A stretch of DNA of 64,000 nucleotides from Prorocentrum cordatum (Eukaryota): assembly GCA_963575745.1 (NCBI GenBank), contig CAUYUJ010000192.1:310001-374000 (forward strand), written 5' to 3'. Shown one piece after another: positions 44,851-57,562 of this stretch (the stretch's first letter is position 1; every line of letters starts with the position of its first letter). Below the pieces are notes generated by a model. The model was given only the letters and a program-made list of their open reading frames with translations, was not told the origin of the DNA and did no database searches. Both the position numbers and the translations under genes were made by a program.

Positions 44851-46362
44851 TGGACGGACGCATGCTGGAGGTGCGGTCTTGTGTGTCTTGGGGGCAGTTT
44901 TAGAACCCTGTTAGGGGGCTTGCACAGTCATCTTGGAAGTCTCTTGGGGACTTTTGTTTTGCCTCTTGGGCTGTCCTCGGGCCCTCCTGGGGCCGTGCCG
45001 AAGCCGTCTTGGGCCCATCTCGTGCAGTCTTGGAACCGTCTTGGGCCGTCGGCAGCCAGGGAGAGCGAAAACGCAAAAATCCTTCGGGCCTCTTTGGGGT
45101 GCGCCGGGTACTCTCCTGGGGTGTCCTGGGGACCCTTGCGCCGTGCTGCGGCCATCCTGAGCGCTCTTGGTGCCCGTGTGGGCCATCTTCGGTTCATGTT
45201 GGTTCCTCTTTCGGCGGTGGACAAACCTCCCTTTAGTAAACCTCCCCTTAGTGAAAACGGCCTGGGACCGAAACGGACGGACCTGGACCCGCAAAAATGA
45301 CGGCCGCGACGCCCTCTCGCGAACCGAAAACGGCCAATTCCTTAATCGACGTGTCAGGGTAGGAGGTCTATCCACCTCCGACTCTTAGGTGGTCTCGGGG
45401 GTATGTTCGGCTGTCTTGGAAGTCGATTGGGCCGACCGGAGGCCTCTCGGAGGCCCCGGCGAGGGGGCATCGAAGAAAGGGGCGAGATGGCAGCGAGGTG
45501 CCGGGCCTCCGGGCGAGGATCGAGGTCCGAAGTTGTTTTGTCTTCGTGGGTTCTCGTCGTCGCCGCGGCTGGACGCATCTCGAAGCGACGTGCTTGTCCT
45601 TCCGGGGAGGTGCAGGACGAGGCCGGGGAGGGAGGTGAGGAGGCAGAAGCATCAATAGCCGCTGGAGCAACAGTCCTTTCGGCGTCTCGGGAATCTCTGT
45701 GGGCCGTCTTGAGCGCACACCACCGTCCGCACTTAGGATCCTTGGTGTTTGGAACTCGGTACGCGAGACGACACAAGAGCCAGACGAAAACCTATGCGTC
45801 TAGCGACTCTGGGCCTTCTTGGGTGCCCTCTGCAGAATTTGTGGACCACTTCTCGCTCTCTCGTGCCGTGCTGGAACTCATTTGGGGCGTCTCTGAAGGC
45901 TTTGGCTGTCTTGGGGCCGTGATGGGTCCCTCTTGGAGGGCTCTTGGGGCCCTCTTGGATCTCTCTTGAAGTCATGTGGGACCCTCTGGGCCTTCTTCGG
46001 GCCGTCTTGGAGCGCCCTTAGGCCGTCTTGGAACTCTCTTGGGCCATCTGGGGTGCTCTTCGGGAGCCGCTTGGGCCGTCTCGGGCCGATTTCTGGGGCC
46101 TCATGGCCTGTCTTGGCCCGTCGGAAGCAGGAAACCAGAACATGGAAAACCTCAATAACAAGAGAAATAATTGTTTCGCCTCCTGAGAGCTTCGTGGGAC
46201 TCCCTTTGAGGGCCTCTCGGCCGTCTTGATGCCCGCTGGGGCTGTCTTGAAGTCATGCTGGGCTATTTTGGAACGCTCTTGCGCGGCCGCTGGCTCTCTT
46301 GGAGCGTTTTGGGCCGTCGTGGAGCCCTCTTGGACATCTCTTGGAGCGTCCTTGGACGTCTC
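44851..46362 (+). repeat. Local duplication, copy B (empty site for family G)
   Basis: Reads CTCAATAACAAGAGAAATAA where copy A carries the insertion. Confidence 0.9.
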
Positions 46363-47269
46363 CTCCCATGCGGAGCCATCTGGGGACAAGGTTGGGAGCG
46401 TCTGGGGCCGAACCAGGACAGTCTGGGCGTCCTCTGGGGCTGCCGCGCAGCAGCGTGGGGATGCAGAACGGGCTGCATGGAGAGAAACGTGGAAAAAAAA
46501 ATATGGGACAACCAAGTGTGTGAGCTTTGGGGAGCTCTCGTGGAGGCGTCTCGGAGGCCTGTGGGAGACCTGGGGCACCTGGCGGGAGCAGCCCCTGGAG
46601 CCCCCTGCAACCTCTTGGGGCTCCGGTGGCTCTGGGCCGGCCGAAAACTTCTTACAAAAACATAAGGAAAGTAATGCCCCGGGCCTCGCATGCCCCGCCG
46701 AGGTCCCGGGGCGGGCCCCCCCGGCAACGTCCCCCGGGGTTCTGGTGGATAGAGGTGGCCTGAAACCCTGTAAAATCACAAGGAAAGTGAAGCGCGCTGG
46801 GCCCCCCATGCCTTTGGCCCCGGGCCCGCCATGCCCTGGCGTATCTGAGATGCTCATAACTAGTTCTGGTAGTTGTGGGGAAGTTCTGGTAGATTATGTT
46901 CACTTGATCTTCCAGATCTTAACTTCCAGGACTTAACTTGGTCTGCCAAATATTACAGAACTTGAACGGTGCAAATTGTGGAAGATACGGAAATTAGTCT
47001 TGTTGTGAAGCGGTGTTTACAGAGTGTAAGTTACGGGGAAGTTAGTTTTGGAGTGGTTCTAGTTGTGGAAGTTGCGTTCTTGTTATTTCAATTACTTGTT
47101 TCATGGTGTGTTTTCTTTACATACATATATATATGTAACAAAAAATATCCCGACAAAGCAACCTAACAGCGATGTGTATAAGCATATCTGGAAGCATTCC
47201 CCCTTAGATTCAGGTGAGAATCCCTCGCAGTCGCAGTCGCATTCGCAATGACAGTCGCAGTGGCAACGG

Positions 47270-48800
47270 CCTTAGGATCCAATGGAATCCTTTAAATTCC
47301 TAGGAAATCCTAAGGCACCTTAGGAATCCATAGGAATCCTTAGGAATCCTTAGGAATCCTGATTCCTATGGATTCCTGGGGATTCCTAATGGTTCCTAGG
47401 GAATCCTAAGGATTCCTAAGGATTCCTGAAGATGCCTAACTATACCTACGGATTCCTAAGGATGCCTACGGATTCCTAAGGATTCCTAGGGATTCCTAAG
47501 GATTCCTATGGATTCCTACAGATGCCTCAGCCTGCCTCAGTTTCAGCCTCAGCCTCAGCCTGCCTCGGCTTGCCTCAGCCTCAGCCTCAGCCTGCCTCGG
47601 CCTCAGCCTCATCCTGCCTCAGCCTCAGCCTCAGCCTGCCTGGGCCTCAGCCTGCGTCAGCCTCAGCCTCAGCCTGCCTCAGCCTCAGCCTCAGCCTCAG
47701 CCTCAGCCTCAGCCTCCGCCTCCGCCTCAGCCTCAGCCTCAGCCTCAGCCTGCCTCGGCTTGCATCAGCCTCAGCCTCGGCCTCAGCCTCATCCTGCCTC
47801 GGCCTCAGCCTGCCTCAGCCTCCCCTCCTCCCCCCCCTCCCCTTCCCCCCCCCCCCCCCCCCCATGCAGCCTCACCTTGTCTCAACTTCGGCCTGTCTCG
47901 GCCTCATCCTCAGCCTCAGCCTCAGTCTCAGCCTCAGCCTGTCTCGGCCTGAGTCTGCCTCGGCCTCAGCCTCAGCCTGCCTCAGCCTCAGCCTGCCTCT
48001 GCCTCAGCCTCAGCCTGTCTCAGCCTCACCCTGCCTCAGCATCAGCATCAGCATCAGCCTCAGCCTCAGCCTGCCGCGGCTTGCCTCGGCCTCAGCCTCA
48101 GCCTGCGTCAGCCTGCCTCAGCCTCAGCATGCATCAGCCTCAGCCTCAGCCTGCCTCAGCCGCAGCTTGCCTCAGCCTCAGCCTCAGCCACAGCCTCAGC
48201 CTGCCTCAGATTCAGCCTCAGCCTGCCTCGGCTTGCCTCAGCCTCAGCCTCAGCCTGCCTCGGCCTCAGCCTCAGCCTCAGCCTGCCTCAGCCTCAGCGT
48301 CAGCCTCAGCCTCAGCCTGCATCAGCCTCAGCCTGCCTCAGCCTCAGTCTCAGCCTGCCTCAGCCTCAGCCTGCCTCAGCCTCAGCCTCAGCCTGCCTCA
48401 GCCTGCGTCAGCCTCAGCCTCAGCCTGCCTCAGCCTCAGCCTCAGCCTCAGCCTCAGCCTCAGCCTGCCTCGGCGTGCCTCAGCCTCAGCCTCAGCCTGC
48501 CTCGGCCTCAGCCTGCCTCGGCCTAAGCCTGCCTCAGCTCGGGCATTCAAAATATCGCACAGGACTTGGGATCACGAAGATCACGAAGTGGCCCACAGTT
48601 GGCTCTGGGCAATCAAAGTATGGTACAGGAGTGGTGTTCTGGGAACAAGAAGAACACGAAGTGGCCTACAGTTGGCTCCGGGCATTCAAAATGTGGCCTG
48701 GGAATGTTGTTCTGGGACGCCGAAGAACACGAAGTGGCCTACAGTTGGCTCCGGGCATTCAAAATGTGGCCTGGGAATGGTGTTCTGGGAACACGAAGAG
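47270..48800. repeat. Compound satellite: (GGATTCCTAA)n with an inversion, (GCCTCA)n, 73-bp units
   Basis: 10-mer array at 47270-47520 switching orientation near 47360; hexamer array at 47524-48538; GGGCATTCAAAAT units at 48541, 48680 and 48753. Confidence 0.9.
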
Positions 48801-49055
48801 TAGGAAGCCATAAGAAACTATAGGAATCTATAAAAGTCCTGAGGAGTCCCCAGGTTCCCCGGCTTCTCCCGGCACCCGCCCAGACCCTCCTGGGGAGTCA
48901 AGATGCTCTCTTTTGAGCCCTTTATAATCCGATCAGTCTTCGCTGTTAGGTAACAACCAAAAATATACGTTGCGAGCGTTGGTGTTCTACCACTTCGTAT
49001 GGCTTAACAGAAAAATGCGTTATGTCTCCCCCATAGCGTTGCATTGAGGTTTCAG

Positions 49056-52000
49056 CCCATATCCTAAGATGGGGTTCTTGTTATTACTTCGCCAAATCCT
49101 AAGATGGGGTTCTTGTGATTCCCCATATCCTAAGATAGGGGTTCTTGTTATTACTTGGACGCCTCCTACTCCTTCCTCTCCTCCCTCCTCCTCCTCATAC
49201 CCAGACTTACTCATACACAGACTTACTCATGATCAGACCTACTCATACTCAGACCTACTCATACTCAGACATACTCATACTCATACCTACTCATACTCAG
49301 ACCTACTCATACTCAGACTTACTCTACACACAGCAGATTGTGAGGATGTCTCAGGCTGGGCGCTGGTTTCAGCACCCCTAAAAGGAGCCGCCGAGGGGAA
49401 TGTCACGGTCCCGTTCGCGGCCGTTTTGTGGGGATGTCTCAAGCGGTTTGCCTGATTTCTGTCCCAACATCCTTCGCTTTCGGAGCAGATGTGGAGGATG
49501 TCTCAAGCGAGGCGCTCATTTTCACGCCCCTCAGGGGAGCCGCCGAGGGGTATGACACGGTCCCGTTCGCGGCCGTTTTGCGGGGATGTCTCAAGCGGTT
49601 TGCTTGTTTTCTGTTCCAACATCCTTCTCGCTTTCGGAGCAGGTTTGGAGGATGTCTCGAGCGAGGCGCTCATGTTCACGCCCCTAAGGGGGGCCGCCGA
49701 GAGGTATGACACGGTCCCGTTCGCGGCCGTTTTGTGGGGATGTCTCAAGCGGTGTGCTTGTTTTCTGTCCCAACATCCTTCGCTTTCGGAGCAGATTTGG
49801 AGGATGCCTCGAGCGAGGCGCTCATTTTCACCCGCCAGGTGGGCCAGATTTTGAGGATGTCTCGTTCGGTTTGCCTGTTTTGGTTGCCAGACTCGCGGGA
49901 TCAGGAGGCCACAGAAAGACTCAAGAGGCGACAAGATGTCCCAAGAGGCTCCAGGAGGCTCCAGGAAGTTCCAGGAGGCCTCAGGAAGCCACAGGAGGCC
50001 CCAGGAGGCCACAGGAAGCGCCAGGAGACTTCGGAAGGCAACAGGAGGCCCCGAGAGGCCCCAGGAGCAAGAGGCCTCAGAAGGCAACAGGAGTGGCTCC
50101 AATCCCATGTGTTGTACGTATGCTCCCATCGATTGGGCCTCACCTGGAGCACGAATCCTTGACGTTATACGTATGTGTCTATATATTGTCCTTCTCCTGT
50201 GAACACAATCCTAAATGTTTTACTCAGATTCCTATATGTTGGGCCTCTCCTGGGGCACGAGTCCTTGGTGCTTTACGTGTGTTCCTATAGATTGCCCTTC
50301 TCCTGTGGCTCCCATTCGCAATGGTTTATGTACGTTGGTTGCTATAGATTGGGCCTCTCCTGGGGCACGAAGCCTCCCTGGGAGGTCTCAGGAGGCCCCA
50401 ATCGGCTCCTGGAGGCCCCAGGAAGCCCCAGTAGGTTTCAGGAGGCCCCAGGAGGCCCCAGGCTCATGCGCAGAGACGCGCTCGTACTACTGAGGCTCAT
50501 TCACACTCCAATTCATTCGCAATTAGATTCATGACCAGACCGCCACAACTTAATCCCGTGTATATTCGAAAGCTCTTACGCCTAGACATTCACGGCGGAC
50601 AGGTCCATGCGAGTAGATGCACATATGGGGAGCTCCACGCAGTGAATAGTATTACTTGGACGCCCCCTACTCCTTCCTCTTAGTCTTCTCCTCCTCCATC
50701 CTCCTCATACTCAGACTTTCTCATACACAGACTTACTCATACACAGACTTACTCGTACTCAGACCTACTCATACTCAGACCTACTCATACTCAGACATAC
50801 TCATACTCAGACCTACTCATACTCAGACTTACTCTACACACAGCAGATTGTGAGGATGTCTCAGGCTGGGCGCTGGTTTCAGCACCCCTAAAAGGAACCG
50901 CCGAGGGGTATGACACGGTCCCGTTCGCGGCCGTTTTGTGGGGGTGTCTCAAGCGGGTTGCCTGATGTCTGTCCCAACATCCTTCGCTTTCGGAGCAGAT
51001 GTGGAGGATGTCTCGAGCGAGGCGCTCTTTTTCACGCCCCTAAGGGGAGCCTCCGAGGGGTATGACACGGTCCCGTTCGCGGCCGTTTTGTGGGGAAGTC
51101 TCAAGCGGTTTGCTTGTTTTCTGTCCCAACATCCTTCGCTTTCGGAGCAGATTTGGAGGATGTCTCGAGCGAGGCGCTCATGTTCACGCCCCTAAGGGGA
51201 GCCGCGGAGGGGTATGACACGGTCCCGTTCGCGGGCGTCGTGTGGGGATGTCTCAAGCGGTTTGCTTGTTTTCTGTCCCAACATCCTTCGCTTTCGGAGC
51301 AGATTTGGAGGATGGCTCGAGCGAGGCGCTCATATTCACGCCCCTAAGGGGGGCCGCCGAGGGGTATGACACGGTCCCGTTCGCGGCCGTTTTGTGGGGA
51401 TGTCTCAAGCGGGTTGCTTGTTTTCTGTCCCAACATCCTTCGCTTTCGGAGCAGATTTGGAGGATGTCTCGAGCGAGGCGCTCATTTTCACCCACCAGGT
51501 GGGCCAGATTTTGAGGATGTCTCGTCCGGTTTGCCTGTTTTGGTGGCCAGACTCGTGTGATCAGGAGGCCACAGAAAGACTCAAGAGGCGACAAGATGTC
51601 CCAAGAGGCTCCAGGAGGCTCCAGGAAACTCCAGGAGGCCTCGGGAAGCCACAGGAGGCCCCAGGAAGCCCCAGGAAGCGCCAGGAGACTTCGGAAGGCA
51701 ACAGGAGGCCCCGACAGGCCCCAGGAGCAGGAGGCCTCAGAAGGAAACAGGAGTGGCTCCAATCCCATGTGTTTTACGTATGCTCCTATGGATTGGGCCT
51801 CACCTCGGGCACGAATCCTTGACGTTATACGTAAGTGTCTATAGATTGTCCTTCTCCTGTGAACACAATCCGATATGTTTTACTTATGTCCCTATATGTT
51901 GGGCCTCTCCTGGGGCACGAGTCCTTGGTGCTTTACGAGTGTTCCTAAAGATTGCCCTTCTACTGTGGCTCCAATCCGCAATGGTTTATGTACGTTGGTT

Positions 52001-54122
52001 GCTATAGATTGGGCCTCTCCTGGGGCACGAAGCCTCCCTGGGAGGTCCCAGGAGGCCCCAAGCGGCTCCTGGAGGCCCCAGGAAGCCCCAGTAGGTTTCA
52101 GGAGGCCCCAGGAGGCCCCAGGCTCATGCGCAGAGACGCGCTCGTACTACTGAGGCTCATTCACACTTCAATTCCTTCGCAATTAGATCCATGACCAGAC
52201 CGCCACAACTGAAGCCCGTTTATATTCGAAAGCTCTTGCGCCTAGACATTCACGGCGGACAGGTCCATGCGAGTAGATGCACATATGGGGAGCTCCACGC
52301 AGTGAATGATTGGACGCATCCTACTCCTTCTTCCTCGTCCACTTCTTCTCCTCCCCTCTCCTCCTCATACCCTAATTTACTCATGAACAGACTGACTTAC
52401 ACTCAGACTTACTCATACCCATACTTACTCACACACAAACTTACTCATACGCAGACCTACTCATACTCAGACCTACTCATACTCAGACTTACTCATGCTG
52501 AGACTCACTCACATCCAGACTTACTCATACTCAGGCCTTCTCATTGTCTGACTTACTCTACACACAGCAGATTGTGAGGATGTCTCAGGCTGGGCGCTGG
52601 TTTCAACACCCCTAAAAGGAGCCGCCGAGGGGTATGCCACGCTCCCGTTCGCGGCCGTTTTGTGGGGGGTGTCTCAAGCGGGTTGCCTGATGTCTGTCCC
52701 ACCATCCTTCGCTTTCGGAGCAGATGTGGAGGATGTCTCGAGCGAGGCGCACATGTTCACGCCCCTAAGGGGGGCCGCCGAGGGGTATGACACGGTCCAG
52801 GTCGCGGCCGTTGTGTGGGGATGTCTCAAGCGGTTTGCTTGTTTTCTGTCCCAACATCCTTCGCTTTCGGAGCAGATTTGGAGGATGTCTCGAGCGAGGC
52901 GCTCATGTTCACGCCCCTAAGGGGAGCCGCCGAAGGGTATGACACGGTCCCGTTCGCGGGCGTTGTGTGGGGATGTCTCAAGCGGTGTGCCTGTGTGCTG
53001 CCCCAACATCCTTCGCTTTCGGAGCAGAGTTCGAGGATGTCTCGAGCGAGGCGCTCATTTTCACGCCCCTAAGGGGGGCCGCCGAGGGGTATGACACGGT
53101 CCCGTTCGCTGCCTTTTCTATGTGGGGATGCCTCAAGCGGGTTGCCTGTTTTCTGTCCCAACATCCTTCGCTTTCGGAGCAGAGTTGGAGGATGTCTCGA
53201 GCGAGGCGCTCATTTTCACCCCCCAGGTGGGCCAGAGTTTGAGGGTGTCTCGTTCTGTCTGCCTGTTTTGGTGGCCAGACTCGTGAGCACAGGTCCTCCT
53301 CAGGATGCCACAGGATGCCCCAACAGGCTCCAGGAGGCCCCTGGGGACCACATGAGGTCCCAGGAAGCATTAGGAGGCCACAGAAAGACTCAAGAGGCCA
53401 CAAGATGTCCCAAGAGGCCCCAGGAAGCTCCAGGAAGCTCCAGGAGGCCTCAGGAAGCCACAGGAGGCCCCAGGAGGCCACAGGAAACGCCAGGAGACTT
53501 CGGAAGGCAATAGGAGGCCCCGAGAGGCACCAGAAGCATGAGGCCTCAAAAGGCAACAGGAGTGGTTACAATCCCATGTGTGTTTACGTATGTTCCTATA
53601 GATTGGGCCTCACCTGGAGCACGAATCCTTGACGTTATACGTATGTTTCTACAGACTGCCCTTCTCCTGTGAACACAATCCCATATGTTTTACTTATGTC
53701 CCTATATGTTGGGCCTCTCCTGGGGCACGAGTCCTTGGTGCTTTACGCGTGTTCCTATATGTTGCCCTTCTCCTGCGCCTCCAACCCGCAATGTGTTATG
53801 TACGTCGGTTGTGCTATATAGATTGGGCCTCTCCTGGGGCACGAAGCCTCCCTGGGAGGTCCCAGGAGGCCCCAGGAGGCCCCAAGAGGCTCCTGGAGGC
53901 CCCAGGAAGCCCCAGTAGGTTTCAGGAGGCCCCAGGCTCATGCGCAGAGACGCGCTCGTACAACTGAGGCTCATTCACACTTCAATTCCTTCGCAGTTAG
54001 ATCCATGACCAGACCGCAACAACTGAAGCCCGCTTATATTCGAAAGCTCTTGCGCCTAGACACTCACGGCGGACAGGTCCATGCGAATAGATGCGCATAT
54101 GGGGGAGCTCCACGCAGTGAAT
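49056..54122 (+). mobile_element. Head-to-tail triplet of Helentron-like family H units (~1.5-1.8 kb each)
   Basis: Units 49119-50647, 50651-52307 and 52310-54122, each with TACTCATACTCAGAC satellite, 152-bp tandem units, CAGGAGGCCC repeats and tail ATATGGGG(G)AGCTCCACGCAGTGAAT. subTIR TCCCCATAT (49120) / ATATGGGGA (50623). Confidence 0.75.
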
Positions 54123-54132
54123 AATTTGCTCG

Positions 54133-54780
54133 AGCGTTTTGCGCTGCCAGCGCTTCATGTTTTCATGTGTTTGGCACAATCCAGCGCTTTGCGCTGCTCC
54201 TCCCACCTCCAGCGCTTTTCGCTGCTCCTATGCCCCCAGCGTTTGCGCTGTTCCCCCACCAGCGCTTTTGGCACTATCCAAAGCTTTGCGCTGCTCCTCC
54301 CCCATCCAGCGCTTCGCGCTGCTCCTCCCCCCAGCGCTTGCGCTGTTCCCCCCCCAGCGCTTGCGCTGCTCCTCCCCCACCCAGCGCTCTGCGCTGCTCT
54401 TCCCCCCGTCCAGCGCTTTGCGCTGCTCCTCTCCTTTCCAGCGCGCGCGCTATTCCCCCACCAGCGCTTGCGCTGCTCCTCCCTCATCCAGCGCTTTGCG
54501 CTGCTCCTCCCCCCATCCAGCGCTTCGCGTTGCTCCTCCTCCCTCCAGCGCTTGCGCTGTGTCCCCACCGGCGCTCTGCGCTGCCCCTCCCTCCTCCAGC
54601 GCCTTGCGCTGCTCCTCTTTGGGCTATTCCTCCCCCACCCAGCGCATGCGCTGCTCCTGCCGCATTCAGCGCCTCGCGCCATTCCCGTCCGTAGCCGTTT
54701 CTGGCTCAAGCGCCCGCGCTCCAACGCCGCGCGACGGGCGCGATAGCCCTCCAACACCGCAGCGCTTGCGCTCCAGCGGC
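54133..54780. repeat. Tandem CAGCGCTT(T)GCGCTG palindromes with C-rich spacers
   Basis: About 20 units of ~25-30 bp immediately upstream of the transposase. Confidence 0.85.
54688..54710 (+). other. Relic dinoflagellate spliced leader
   Basis: TCCGTAGCCGTTTCTGGCTCAAG differs from the SL by one substitution and one insertion; 70 nt before the ATG at 54781. Confidence 0.85.
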
Positions 54781-57562
54781 ATGCCGCCGGGGGTTTGCCG
54801 TCGCTCTCGATCGAGGCCCCGTCCTCCTCCTCATCCTCCTCCCTCTCCTCCCCCCCCCTTCCCCCCCCTTCCCCACCCCCTCCTGAGGGTTCGTCGGGGG
54901 CGAGATGCGTTGCGAGAGCTCCTCCATCGCGGACACGTGACCCAGCCGGGGCTCGCGAGGATGCTGCAGACGATTCGCGAGGTGGCGGCGGACTTACCCG
55001 CCGAGGTTTCGAATCGAAATCAACAGGACGAACGATGAACGGTTCGAGCGCGTCCGCCACGAGTTGAACATGCCGCTGGTGAGCGGCGCAAGCTGGAACT
55101 GGCCACTGGCGGAGCCCAACAAGCTACTCTTCATGATGGTACCAGAGAGCGGAGCGCTGCAAGAGTTGTTCGCGGCCGCGCTGCGGCGATGCGGTGCTCC
55201 GAGCCAGGGGCGCCCGTGGGCGCTGGTTATCGGGCATGATGAGTTCAGCCGCGGCGGCGTGTGCAACGTCGGCGACGGCAGGAAGAGCAGGGACTTATCG
55301 CTCGCGCCCCTGGAGCTTGGAGTGCGCGACGGCCGCAGTGGCAGCGCGCGATTCCCACCTGTGGTTGTTCGCCGCTGCTGGTTCAAGCAGGTCCAGGGCG
55401 GCTGGGGCGCCATGTTTGGCAAGTGCCTGAAGCTGCACCTGCTGTCTCCGACTGGCCTTGCGACGGCAGGCGCCCCTATCACTGTCTTCGGCGCGGACAT
55501 TCTCATCTTCGAACGCATCGAGTTCATGGTCGCCGATCTCGGTGGCCACCGCATGTCGTTGAACACCAACGGTGCCAACGGCTCCAGGCCGTGCTTGCGA
55601 CATTGCAACGCGCTCAAGAAAAACTCAGGCACGGCTGAGTTGGACCAAGCAAGGTTCGTTGAAGCTTCTTGTGCAGATCCGACGCGGTTCCGATTGCGCA
55701 CAAGTGCAGATGCGTTCGCTGCTGCCGATCTCGCCGGCGCGGCGCGCGCTCGGTGGACTGCAGGGGCAATGGCAAAAGACCGTTTCGAGAAACTGCACAT
55801 GACGTGCGGGCTCAAGTCCGCTCCCGGCGTCATCCTGCTGGACCCTGAATTGCGCCGCCATGTGGACGTAGTGGACAGCGCTGTCATCGACTGGGCCCGC
55901 ACGGCATTGCAAGATGGAGCATTCACCACAAGAAGTTGCCTTGCTGGCGCAGGCGTGCGCGGAAGAGCTGGACGTCAAATTCGATGGGCCCCCAAGAGCA
56001 CGGGCGGCTGCCCCCCTGCATGTGGGAAAACGAAATCGAAAGAGTTGCGCCACAGATTCGACGAACGCCGCGCCCCGAAGCAAGACCAGATACGGGCCTC
56101 TGCGTCGGAGGCCCTTGGCACGCATGCGCTTCTCAGGCGAACTGATCCTCCTCCTCCTCCTCCTCCTCCTCCTCTCTCCTCCCCTCCCCTCCTTTTACAC
56201 TTGCACAAATGTGAAAAGACTCTCCCACTTCCCCTGATGGCGTCCCGAAGATACCCGGGAAACGGGTTTTCGCCTGCGTTTTTGCAAAATGCTGCTCTCG
56301 CTGAGGCGCCGGCCTCATTTCTGCTCCCGAATCGTTCCGAATCGTGCTCCCGCTCGTGTTCCGAGGCGTGGGCCTCATTTTCGGATCGGTGTCTGGCCTC
56401 CGTCGTTCAAGATGGCGTTATCGCCCCAGCGCGGGCCTCTTTCTCGCGCGCCCATCCGCCCGCCACCACCGCGCCGCACCACCACCACCACCACCACCAC
56501 CACCACAACCAGCAGCAGCAACGCCACCACCACCAGCACCACCACCAGCACCAGCACCAGCACCAGCACCAGCACCACAACCACGCACACCCGCACGCAC
56601 GCACGCACGCACGCGCACCACCACCCACTACGCACGCGCGCGCGGGGCCACAGGTCCGCTACGACACGCGTCCGCGGATAGAGGAAATCAGCTCCATGGT
56701 AAGGGATGGGAGGGGTAGGACGTCAGATATGACGCGAGCGCACCTAGCTTGCCTCCTCCCCCTCCCCCTCCTCCTCCTCCTCCGCCCCCCTTCTCCCCCC
56801 CATCCCCCCCATCATCCTCCTCCGAGGCATTTCGTGGAGCTGTGCCTTCTCAGCGTGGCGCTCGGCAAGCAGGCGGCCTCGTCCCAACCTGCGCGCGCGA
56901 CGCTGGACTTGATATGCGCGGCAAAGCAAGGGCGCGTTGGCTCGCGCAAAGGGGCGGCGCAGTTGCGGCGAGCCCGCGCCGAGCACCTCCGACTGCGTAA
57001 AGAGACGCGCGGCACGGCGAACATCCTGCCGAATCACCACATGATGTTCGACGTGGCCGACCAGTGGGAACGCGAGGGGGAGACCAGCGCCGTTGTGATA
57101 GATGCATTTGTGGTCGAGCGGTTGCACATCAAGACGAAGTATTGCATGGACCCGACCGACAACACCAGGAATGTTGCAGTGTCATGCTTGGCGCATGCGA
57201 TTAATGTCCACCTGATGGCCTTGGAGGGCCGCGCGTTCGGCGATGGCCCCCTGGGGAGGACGTCGTTTCCTGATGGGGCGCGGGTGCCAAAAGCAGATCG
57301 AACGTCTGCCCCTGGCCTTGCCATCGAGGCTGGCGACATCTTTCTGCTCGAAGGAATTGCTGGCAGAGTGCGCGCCTGCGCCGTTGATGATGGCAGTCGC
57401 CTGGCATTAATGGAGACGTTCGAGCACGTGGTCAGGCTGTCCGCGCGCTCCGACCGATGGAAGGTTGGAGGCGCCATCCAGGCGTGGCGCGCGGGCGCCG
57501 TGCTCTCGGCGCCTGCGTGGTACACGCGCGGCGATGACGTCGCAGCTTTGCGCCTGGTATAG
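54781..57562 (+). pseudogene. CACTA/EnSpm(Plavaka)-like DDE transposase, decayed, with two GC-AG introns
   Basis: PWALVIGHDEF, MVADLGG..GANGSRPC..C, DWART (from DWxH), PNHHMMFD and DAFVVERLHIKTK are in the order expected for this family. Predicted introns 54816-54887 and 56137-56826 (splicing gives ..ALLRHFVE..). Frameshifts near 55035 and 55930-55990. Confidence 0.7.

Noticed and set aside
47508..48803. 431- and 334-aa ORFs
   Set aside because: Translations of the (GCCTCA)n satellite.
54133..54780. CRISPR-like palindromic repeat array
   Set aside because: Spacers are short, C-rich and similar to each other; eukaryotic context; no cas genes. The same applies to the 114- and 152-bp arrays.
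55064..57562. 832-aa ORF as an intact protein with poly-His/poly-Pro domains
   Set aside because: The His/Pro tract lies inside a predicted 690-nt in-frame intron, and the coding part has frameshifts and lost conserved residues.
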